Source of the DNA: Thermoplasmata archaeon
Lineage (GTDB): Archaea; Thermoplasmatota; DTKX01; DATEUP01
NCBI GenBank assembly: GCA_041499475.1
Contig: JBGQKI010000005.1
Coordinates: forward strand, 17,709 to 81,708
Direction of reading: 5' to 3'
DNA: 64,000 nucleotides
How positions within the stretch are numbered: position 1 is the first letter of the stretch; the number at the start of each line of letters is the position of its first letter. Both the position numbers and the translations under genes were made by a program. The notes under the pieces were generated by a model that saw nothing but the letters and a program-made list of their open reading frames with translations, did no database searches and had not been told where the DNA came from. Below, one piece after another: positions 1 through 6,906 of the stretch.

Positions 1-412
1 TGTCCAACACCGAAGGCGCAAAGGGGGCGCCGAGGAATGTGATCCCGGACCAATCGCCGTCGGCGGGAAAAACTTGGGACGAGTCGAAGTGGACGGGGGA
101 CGACGCGTTTCCTTGCACGAGGAGGCGGCCAACGATGCTCAAGTTGTCATTTGGGTCAACTCGGACAATGCACCCCGCATCAATGGTGAGCGTGTCGCCC
201 GCCGAAATGATGATCGGGTCGTGGAAGCGGTACGCGCAAGGGCCGGCAAGCGTCGTAATCGTCGGCCCGGGCGCCGCCGCGTCGAGGGTCGACATGTTGT
301 AACTATTGCCGCCGCCCGGGGTCGCGTAGGGAGCCGCCTGCGCCGTGGTTGCAAAGGCGGCAAGCGCGACCAGCGCCGCCATGCTCCCCAGGAACAGCCA
401 GCGCACCTTCAC
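1..412 (-). CDS. Secreted protein, N-terminal fragment (gene runs off the left edge)
   Basis: Absent from the ORF track because no stop lies in the window. Minus-strand translation from GTG 412 (in-frame ATG at 382) gives (M)KVRWLFLGSMAALVALAAFATTAQA-APYATPGGGNSYNMSTLDAAAPGPTITTLAGPCAYRFHDPIIISAGDTLTIDAGCIVRVDPNDNLSIVGRLLVQGNASSPVHF... This is a textbook signal peptide followed by short beta-turn repeats typical of right-handed beta-helix surface proteins. The frame stays open to nt 1. A TATA-like GAAACCCTTATGAAGG (minus strand, 441-456) lies about 30 nt upstream. Confidence 0.5.
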   Translation of the reverse strand, partial: MKVRWLFLGSMAALVALAAFATTAQAAPYATPGGGNSYNMSTLDAAAPGPTITTLAGPCAYRFHDPIIISAGDTLTIDAGCIVRVDPNDNLSIVGRLLVQGNASSPVHFDSSQVFPADGDWSGITFLGAPFAPSVLD

Positions 413-511
413 ACCTATTGCGCGGCCTTCCCCCGCGGCCTTCATAAGGGTTTCCGCGTGGGGAACGGAGCGCGGCACTCAGCGGCGGAGCGTACACTCA
501 GGGTGAAGGGT

Positions 512-531
512 GGGGGGCCGTTAGGCCCCCC
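512..531 (-). terminator. GC hairpin 25 nt downstream of the 556..4809 stop
   Basis: Perfect inverted repeat GGGGGGCC-GTTA-GGCCCCCC (512-519 / 524-531). There is no adjoining T-run, so only position suggests a terminator role. Confidence 0.3.
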
Positions 532-555
532 GAAGTTTGGCCGGGGTGATTCGGC

Positions 556-648
556 CTAAAGCGTTCTTCGGCGCCGCCCGATGGCGCCGACCACTGCGAC
601 CGCCGCAAGGGCCACCGCGGCGTACGCGCCGTCGAAGCCCGGCGAGCC
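556..648 (-). other. PGF-CTERM archaeosortase sorting signal (C-terminal 30 aa of the 556..4809 protein)
   Basis: The PGF tripeptide, a hydrophobic helix (AYAAVALAAVAVVGAIG) and a basic tail (RRRRTL) sit at the extreme C-terminus. This is the tripartite layout of the archaeal PGF-CTERM/ArtA substrate signal. Confidence 0.75.
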
Positions 649-3600
649 GATCGGGCCGCAGTTGTTGAGCTCCTGGCAGGTGGCCGTGCGCACGGTGATC
701 GAGTCGCTGTAGGTGAGCGACTCCCAGCCGTTCGCGTCCCGGACCTGGTAATAGACGGTCACTTCGCCGGCCGTCGTCCTTGCGTCAAACCTCGCGGTGT
801 CCGAGAAGGGCAGCCACGTCGACCCGTTGAAGTCGGGCGTCAGCGACAGGCGCATCTGGAGCTCTCCCGCGAAATTGTCGTTGCCTTCGAGCGAGAGGCT
901 GAGCAGCGGGTCGATCGTCGAGGAGTCCCCGCTGTTGATGATGATCGTGCCCGTGGGCGGCGTCGTGTCCATGTCGATCTCGTCGACAAAGGCCTGCGAC
1001 GGGTTCCCGTTCACATCGCGGAAGCGCACATAGACGGTCTTGCCAAGCCCGTCGTTGGCCGAGAGCTCGAAGTAGTAGCGGCCTGACGCGAACGGCTGCC
1101 ACGCGGCGCCCGGGAAGTAGAGCGACGAGGAGAACTGCACTTCGGAAACGCCGACGTTGTCCGTCGCGTTCACGACGAGCACCACGCCGCGCCCCTTGGC
1201 GAGCGTCTCCGAGTTGCAGCATCCCGGCGTGTTCGAGAGGAACTCGAGCTGGGACTGGCCGGTGTAGATGATGCTGATCGAGCCGGTCGGCGGTGTGATG
1301 TCCACGAAGAAGTTCAGCGTCACGACGGGGGCCACGAGGCTGTAGATGTCGAAGGCCCGCACGTAGAGGGTGCGCGCGCCCGACGAGGCCGGCAGGTCGT
1401 AGAGAAGGTTGCCAGGTTGGGTGTACTGCACGAAGGTGGTGAACGCCGGGTCCTCCGAGATGTCCACTTCGCGCACGCCCGACGGGTCGAACGCCTCCAC
1501 ATGGACGGTCACGCGGCTCGTGTTCACGTAGTTGATGTTGTTCCGCACGACCGAGTTCGCAAGCACCGCCGTCAAGGTGGGCGGCGTGGTGTCCACGAGG
1601 ATGTCGTCCGTGTAAACCGGCGAGAGCCAGCCCGCGAGGTCCTCCACGACAAACGACACCGTCTTGGTGCCGTCGCCGGCGGTGAGCGTCCAGCTGTGCG
1701 TCTGCGAACTCGACTGCAGGAACGGCCCCGAGGCAGGCTTCAGGTCGTACTCCGTGCCGTTTGGCGCATCGAGGCCGTTGGCGAGGTAGGCCGACGCGAG
1801 GCCCTCGCCGTCAAAGGCAAGGAACGTCACCGGCACATCCAGGCTGTTCGAATAGGCGCTGCGGTTGGCGATGTAGACTGCGCCCGAAGGCCGCTGCGTG
1901 TCGAGGATGACCGACTGGTTGATGGGGGCCGAGGCGACGCCCGAGCTGTCCATGTATCTTACCCAGACGACCTTGCGCCCGTCGCCGCCCGTAAGGAAGA
2001 AGCTCGTGTCCCCCGTGAAGGGCTTCCAGCCTTCGGGGAACGAGAGCGACTCGGAGGCCGCGTAAAACGGCACGCCGTAAGTGTCGTTCGCCTGTAGGTG
2101 GATCGCCACGGAGGTCGTTTTCGTGTACGCGTTGCCGCCGTTCAGCGTGAACGAGCCCGTCGGCGGCGTGGTGTCAAGGCGGTAGGTCACTCGGTGCAAG
2201 GCCCAAGTCGGGCCGTCGTAGGCGATGACCGCGCGCGTGTTCTCATCTTGGTTGAGGTTGAGGTTGCCCGCCGAGTACGCCGGGCCGAACCCGGGCGTCA
2301 TCCACTTGATGAGGAGAGCTGCCCAGTCGACCACCGCGTGTTGGGTGCCGCTGTGGGAGCCGATGTCGCCGATGTGCCACCAGGCAATGCCCGGGGAGCC
2401 CCAGTCGACCGACCCAAGGTCGAGCCAGCCGCGCCAGGCGTTATCGACTTCGAGTACCCAGGCGTGGAAGACATGGTTTTGCAGTTGGAACCGGATGAGC
2501 GCCTGGCCGTCCGTCATGACGACGTTTACGGGGTCGAACGTGCTCTTGGCCGTCCCGCCGATGGTCCGAACCGGCACGGTGATGGCGTTGCCGTCAAGGG
2601 CGACCGCCGCAATTCGGGCGAGGGCTCGTCCGTTCAGCGTGGCGCCGGTGTCCAGCGTAATGGCTTGGTCGGCCATGATGGTGCCCGCGAAGACCGAGGT
2701 CGTGCCTAGGGTCGCAGAAGTCCCGACCTGCCAGAAGATGTTGGCAGCCTGGGCGCCGCCGGCAAGGATGACCTGGCGGCCCGAGGTGGTGGTGAGCGTC
2801 GAGGCCATCTGGAAGATCCAGACGGCGGTGGCGTCGCCGCCGGCATCAAGGGTGAGGTCGCCCGCCGAAATCGCAAGCGAACTCGTCGACTTGTAGAGGC
2901 CCGGCGCAAGCGTTTGCCCGCCGAGGTTGCCGGCAACGGTCACGGGGCAAAGCGTGCGCCCCGCTGCGTCGTTGTAGGCCGTAGTGAGGTCGCCGATGGC
3001 GGTTGCCGCGGCGTTGTCGCCGGCGTGGGTGCCGCCTGACACGGTGCCGGGTGGGAACCCGGTGACTGCAGTGCCAGGGCTGACCCCGAGGTCGCCGGTG
3101 ACCGCCGTCGCTCCGGTGTTCGTTACTGTCGAGCCCGCGAGCACGCCGTAGGTGGCCGCCGCCCCGAGGACGACGGGAAGCTGCGCGCAGGGGTCAGCCA
3201 AGAGCGGCGAACCGGCGCCGGCTGCGCTGATGCCCCAGTAGGTCTGGACTGGGTCGGCGCTGGTGTTGGTGGCGCGCACGACGCCGATGGAGCCCGCCGG
3301 GTTCAAGCCGTCCGTTGAGACAAAGCCCGTGAGGAGCATGTTGGGGTCGCTCGCGCCGCCCGCGGCCTGAGTCGAGCCGCCAAGGACGCGCACCGCAACG
3401 ACGCCTTCCACGTTGTGCGTGTCGGCAAGCAGCCACGAGTCGTTCTTGTAGGTGACGCCGAGCGAGGAGCTTGCGGAGGCGGAGTTGAGGTCGAGTCCTT
3501 CTTGGAAGGTGGAGGCATTCGTAAGCGCCCACGAGTGGTCGTTGATCGCGCCGGGCGCGTTCGGGAAGTCGTCGAGGAAGTATGCGCCGACCTCGGTCTT

Positions 3601-4809
3601 GTAGGAGAGGTCGAAGCTGATCTTGTCCGGCCACGAAGGGGCCGCGTTGCGCGTGAGCACGATCTGGAATTGGACCCATGCGCTTGCCATCACCGAGATC
3701 TGGGTGTTGAGGGGCGCAAATGCGTATCCGCTCCAGGGACCCGTGTCGTTGGGGGCGCTCTGCCACATGACGGAGCTGATGCCATTCATCTGGCCGTCGG
3801 TGGTGTTCAGGGTGATCTGCGTCAGCCATGAGCCGTTGAAGAGTCCCGTCGGCAGCATGGCGCTCTCATAGGTGCCCCCCGAGGCATAGAGGACGGTGCC
3901 GACCTCCATGAAGTCGACATCCATGGACAGGTCGCCCTGCCAGACGCCGTAGTCGACGCCGGACCACGCCTGGTAGCCCGTGATGTTCCTGAGGTCAAGT
4001 TTCACCCTGCTGCCCAGGTTGTTCCAGCCGCCCCCGCCCACGGAGAACTCCGTGCTGATGCTGTCCGTCACACTGTTGGAAACGATGACGTGGATGGCCA
4101 CGGGCATCCCGAGGGTGACGTTAAAGAAACAGTTCGGCGCCGCCGTTAGGATGCCGTACTTGGGATCGCTGCCAAAGGTGTTGACGCAAAGCCTGCCGGT
4201 GCCGTTTCCGTCGTCCTGCATGATGAAGCCGGCGTAGGAATCGCCCCTGGGCGATGAGGCCCACCAGCCGCAGCCGAAGATGTTGCCGGAGGCGGGCATG
4301 AGGGTCGGGGTCACGCTGCAGTTGAGGTAGAGGCCCTGGTTTTGCGACAAGTTGAAGCCGGTGGTCCCGCGGATGGCGGGGGAGTCGATGCCGTTGCCAA
4401 GGTCGGTGGAGAGGGTAAGGAGGCCTCCGGCCTGGACTGCGTTGTCATTGAAATTCCACATCTCGGGGTCGGGGTTTCCGGTTCCCGAGAAGTCATCATG
4501 GTCCGTGCGGCGCAGCTGGAGCGTACCGCCGCCGCCAACGATGGTGTTCGGGTCGCGCGTCCCGGTGAGCCACTCCGTCGAGGTGTCGATGGTGACCTTG
4601 CTCGTTTCCTGACCGCTGATGTTGGCGTTCATGGGCAGGTATGGGTTGCTGATCGATGCGGTATTGGTAGGCGGCTGGACGTCATCGATCGAGATGGCGC
4701 CGAGCGTGGTTGGCGCGAGGGCCATCAGGCTTGACCCTGCGAGTAGCAGGCCCATCAAGACAGACACGGACGTTCGGCCAAAACTAGCCTTTCTGGAGAT
4801 CTTCTCCAT
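556..4809 (-). CDS. Large secreted surface protein with a DUF3494 (ice-binding-protein-like) beta-solenoid domain, five Ig-like repeats and a PGF-CTERM anchor signal
   Basis: 1417-aa ORF. Signal peptide: MEKISRKASFGRTSVSVLMGLLLAGSSLMALAPTTLGA. The central block (nt ~2575-3180) reads AATYGVLAGSTVTNTGATAVTGDLGVSPGTAVTGFPPGTVSGGTHAGDNAAATAIGDLTTAYNDAAG...LAPGLYKSTSSLAISAGDLTLDAGGDATAVWIFQMASTLTTTSGRQVILAGGAQAANIFWQVGTSATLG...TLDTGATLNGRALA, which matches the DUF3494/IBP family signature as I remember it. Five ~100-aa repeats (nt ~650-2175) each open with D(T/I)(T/Q)(P/R)P(T/S)G. The C-terminus is GSPGFDGAYAAVALAAVAVVGAIGRRRRTL. A TATA-like AAATAGGG (minus strand, 4841-4852) lies about 37 nt upstream of the ATG. 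Confidence 0.85.
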   Translation of the reverse strand: MEKISRKASFGRTSVSVLMGLLLAGSSLMALAPTTLGAISIDDVQPPTNTASISNPYLPMNANISGQETSKVTIDTSTEWLTGTRDPNTIVGGGGTLQLRRTDHDDFSGTGNPDPEMWNFNDNAVQAGGLLTLSTDLGNGIDSPAIRGTTGFNLSQNQGLYLNCSVTPTLMPASGNIFGCGWWASSPRGDSYAGFIMQDDGNGTGRLCVNTFGSDPKYGILTAAPNCFFNVTLGMPVAIHVIVSNSVTDSISTEFSVGGGGWNNLGSRVKLDLRNITGYQAWSGVDYGVWQGDLSMDVDFMEVGTVLYASGGTYESAMLPTGLFNGSWLTQITLNTTDGQMNGISSVMWQSAPNDTGPWSGYAFAPLNTQISVMASAWVQFQIVLTRNAAPSWPDKISFDLSYKTEVGAYFLDDFPNAPGAINDHSWALTNASTFQEGLDLNSASASSSLGVTYKNDSWLLADTHNVEGVVAVRVLGGSTQAAGGASDPNMLLTGFVSTDGLNPAGSIGVVRATNTSADPVQTYWGISAAGAGSPLLADPCAQLPVVLGAAATYGVLAGSTVTNTGATAVTGDLGVSPGTAVTGFPPGTVSGGTHAGDNAAATAIGDLTTAYNDAAGRTLCPVTVAGNLGGQTLAPGLYKSTSSLAISAGDLTLDAGGDATAVWIFQMASTLTTTSGRQVILAGGAQAANIFWQVGTSATLGTTSVFAGTIMADQAITLDTGATLNGRALARIAAVALDGNAITVPVRTIGGTAKSTFDPVNVVMTDGQALIRFQLQNHVFHAWVLEVDNAWRGWLDLGSVDWGSPGIAWWHIGDIGSHSGTQHAVVDWAALLIKWMTPGFGPAYSAGNLNLNQDENTRAVIAYDGPTWALHRVTYRLDTTPPTGSFTLNGGNAYTKTTSVAIHLQANDTYGVPFYAASESLSFPEGWKPFTGDTSFFLTGGDGRKVVWVRYMDSSGVASAPINQSVILDTQRPSGAVYIANRSAYSNSLDVPVTFLAFDGEGLASAYLANGLDAPNGTEYDLKPASGPFLQSSSQTHSWTLTAGDGTKTVSFVVEDLAGWLSPVYTDDILVDTTPPTLTAVLANSVVRNNINYVNTSRVTVHVEAFDPSGVREVDISEDPAFTTFVQYTQPGNLLYDLPASSGARTLYVRAFDIYSLVAPVVTLNFFVDITPPTGSISIIYTGQSQLEFLSNTPGCCNSETLAKGRGVVLVVNATDNVGVSEVQFSSSLYFPGAAWQPFASGRYYFELSANDGLGKTVYVRFRDVNGNPSQAFVDEIDMDTTPPTGTIIINSGDSSTIDPLLSLSLEGNDNFAGELQMRLSLTPDFNGSTWLPFSDTARFDARTTAGEVTVYYQVRDANGWESLTYSDSITVRTATCQELNNCGPIGSPGFDGAYAAVALAAVAVVGAIGRRRRTL

Positions 4810-4903
4810 TCTAAACCCTCTCGCGGAGGATCGAGAGCGACCCTATTTGACCGTTGTGGCAGGCGCGGCACGAGGGGGCGAGTGTTGTTCGCTCCCGGCA
4901 GAG

Positions 4904-4925
4904 GCGAATTCCCATTGGAATTCGC
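4904..4925. promoter_or_regulatory. AT-rich perfect palindrome between two minus-strand genes
   Basis: GCGAATTCC-CATT-GGAATTCGC is a 9-bp perfect stem with a 4-nt loop. It stands out against the GC-rich background. It lies about 45 nt after the stop of 4968..6107 and about 95 nt upstream of the 4809 start. It is either a terminator hairpin (no T-run) or a dyad operator. Confidence 0.3.
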
Positions 4926-4967
4926 GCGCCAGCCTTGCCGCGCGCTTGGGTCTCCGGCCCGGGAACC

Positions 4968-6107
4968 TCAGTAGAAACTCCCCTCTTCCTCGCCCTCGTC
5001 CTCGTCCTCGGCGTTGCCCGCGCCGAACTCCAGTTCCTCGCCTTCTTGGCCCTCGCCGCCGCTCGGGCGCTCGTGCTTGCCCGCTGCCGCGGCCTCGATG
5101 GCGGCCTTTGCCGTTAGCGTGACGGCGTGCCCGGCGAGGCACCGGTAGGCGAGCCGGTCGCCGGCCACACCCGTGAAGTAGGAACTCTCGCCGCATTCGA
5201 TGCATGCCACTTCGTCGCGAAGGCTGCGCGACGAGGGGATCCCAGCCGCCTGCAGCGCCTTCCCGAGGATCGGCACGTGACCTGCGCCCGCGCAGACCGG
5301 GCACTGGATTTCCTCGCCGACCGACGTCTCGCGGTCCACGGAGAGCGACACGAGCCGGTAGTACGCGCCCCGCCCCGCGCTGCGCTTCTCAAGGCGCAGC
5401 GACTCGATGAGTTTCTTGAGGGCGTAGTTGATCTGCATCGCCGTTTTGTCGGGGAACATCCGCACGAGGTCCTTGGGGCGCCACTCGCGCGCGGGGTCGG
5501 ACATCATGCGGTGGATGATCTCCTCCTCGATCGGCCGCTCGGTCGGCGGGGGCGCCTGCTCCTCGGCGCGGGGCGCAAGGCTCGCCATCTCGCTTTCGAA
5601 CCGGTCGAACGAAGCGAGCGAGTAGAACGCCGCGCGCCCCTCGGACCGCTTGACGAGGAGCTCCGATTCGAGCAGCTTCTTGAGCGCGTAGTTGACCTGC
5701 ATGGGCGACTTGCCGCGGAAGACCTGCAGCAGGTCCTTCGGCCGCCACTCTTTGCGCGGGTCCTCCTCCATCTTCTCGAGGATCTGGTCCTCAAAGGCCG
5801 ACCCGCGGGGGCGCCCGGGCCCCTCCGCTTCCTCCACCGAGCGCTTCGGCCGGCCGAGTCGCGACCCCGTGGGCATCTTGGAGGCGGCCTCCGCGGCCGG
5901 GGTCCCGGGGATGCAGTAAAACGCGGCACGCCCCTCCGAGCGGCGGACGAGCTTGCCCTCCTCGACGAGGCGCCCGAGCGCGTAACTCATCTGCGGGGGC
6001 TTCACCCAGCCCATCTCGGCAAGCAAGTCCTTGGGCCGCCATTCGCGGGCCAAGTCGCTCTGGATCTTCTCGAGCACTTTCTCTTGGAGGCTCACGGGGC
6101 GCTCCAT
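4968..6107 (-). CDS. Triple winged-helix-like repeat protein with C-terminal zinc-ribbon-like Cys/His cluster and acidic tail
   Basis: Three tandem ~60-aa units share one signature: QEKVLEKIQSDLAREWRPKDLL..MSYALGRLVEEGKLVRRSEGRAAFYCI; EDQILEKMEEDPRKEWRPKDLL..VNYALKKLLESELLVKRSEGRAAFYSL; EEEIIHRMMSDPAREWRPKDLV..INYALKKLIESLRLEKRSAGRGAYYRL. These are followed by CPVCAGAGH...CIECGESSYF...YRCLAGH (nt ~5120-5307) and then GEELEFGAGNAEDEDEGEEEGSFY. The track start 6257 adds an Arg/Pro-rich extension. ATG 6107, or GTG 6095 (leaderless relative to the TATA at 6120-6125), fits better. Confidence 0.75.
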   Translation of the reverse strand: MERPVSLQEKVLEKIQSDLAREWRPKDLLAEMGWVKPPQMSYALGRLVEEGKLVRRSEGRAAFYCIPGTPAAEAASKMPTGSRLGRPKRSVEEAEGPGRPRGSAFEDQILEKMEEDPRKEWRPKDLLQVFRGKSPMQVNYALKKLLESELLVKRSEGRAAFYSLASFDRFESEMASLAPRAEEQAPPPTERPIEEEIIHRMMSDPAREWRPKDLVRMFPDKTAMQINYALKKLIESLRLEKRSAGRGAYYRLVSLSVDRETSVGEEIQCPVCAGAGHVPILGKALQAAGIPSSRSLRDEVACIECGESSYFTGVAGDRLAYRCLAGHAVTLTAKAAIEAAAAGKHERPSGGEGQEGEELEFGAGNAEDEDEGEEEGSFY

Positions 6108-6116
6108 CCGGGGCGC

Positions 6117-6133
6117 GGGTATAAACGTTGCCC
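6117..6133 (-). promoter_or_regulatory. BRE/TATA-like box for the 4968..6107 gene
   Basis: The minus strand reads GGCAACGTTTATACCCGC (TATA 6120-6125). Its centre is about 27 nt upstream of the in-frame GTG at 6095, which fits a leaderless transcript. Confidence 0.4.
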
Positions 6134-6411
6134 GCGACGGTTTTTTTGAGGGGGCAGACCATCGCGCCGCAGGGGCTCGGCTTGGCGAAAAAGAAGCGGC
6201 CCGGCCACGCGTCCCCCGGTCCCGGCCTGCGTCCGCGCTGCCCGCTGTGCCTGTCAAGGAAAGGGTCGAGGCCGTGTCCGCGGTACGAAGCCACCATCTG
6301 CAGGGCCGACTGCCTCAAAGTGCGCAGCGTGTCGCTGTGCCCGCACGACTGCGAGTACCTTGCAGACTTGCTCGAGCGCGCGCACGCGCCGCGCGATGAC
6401 ACGATCTACCG

Positions 6412-6906
6412 CTAGTCGGCGGGCGGCACTTTGGCTCGCATCACGCTCTGCACATCGGCAAAGCCCAGCGCGTGCCACGCGGCGCGCGCGGCCTCGTCGC
6501 GCAGGTCGGCAATCAGGTCGACGCTCGCCACGCGCTTGACGGAGAACCAGCGCATCGCGTCTGCAAGCATGGCCTTCAGTCGCCCTTGCCGGCGGAACGC
6601 CGGCTCAACATACGCGCCCTCGATGAGCCCGCTGGACGGCGAAGCGGCGCCGGGGGGCGAGGGCGCCACGCGTGCGACCAAGAACGAGACCGCGCGGCGG
6701 CTTTCGTCCTCGGTGACAACGACGCGGATGCGGTCGGATTTGAGGCCCTCGTCGATGTGCTCGCGCCACATCCGGCCCGCATCAATCGCAAGCCCGTACT
6801 GCGGGTCGGCGGCCGAGTAGGCACGGCCGAGTGCGAGGTACATTTCGCTCAACCGGTCGAGGTCGCGGGGCGTTCCCGGCCGCGCGCGCGGCGGTGAGGC
6901 CGTCAT
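6412..6906 (-). CDS. GNAT-family N-acetyltransferase
   Basis: ...LIEGAYVEPAFRRQGRLKAMLADAMRWF... is an acetyl-CoA-binding motif A-like block in a ~160-aa protein. ATG 6906 overlaps the helicase stop as ATGA (6903-6906). The track start 7017 lies inside the helicase gene. Confidence 0.7.
   Translation of the reverse strand: MTASPPRARPGTPRDLDRLSEMYLALGRAYSAADPQYGLAIDAGRMWREHIDEGLKSDRIRVVVTEDESRRAVSFLVARVAPSPPGAASPSSGLIEGAYVEPAFRRQGRLKAMLADAMRWFSVKRVASVDLIADLRDEAARAAWHALGFADVQSVMRAKVPPAD

Noticed and set aside
2575-3180. Calling the DUF3494 domain an antifreeze or ice-binding function, and inferring a cold habitat.
   Set aside because: Family membership alone does not establish ice binding, since many DUF3494 proteins are adhesin modules. 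Nothing else in the window indicates psychrophily.
5350-6090. Resemblance of the REWRPKD winged-helix repeats to Z-alpha (Z-DNA-binding) domains. Both have a tandem wHTH, the ..L..L...G.....DL.. rhythm and an aromatic residue in the wing.
   Set aside because: The key Z-alpha contact spacing in helix 3 (Asn and Tyr four residues apart, plus a wing Trp after PP) is not reproduced. Here N-Y are adjacent and the wing has F/Y after GRAA. The similarity is generic to wHTH folds.
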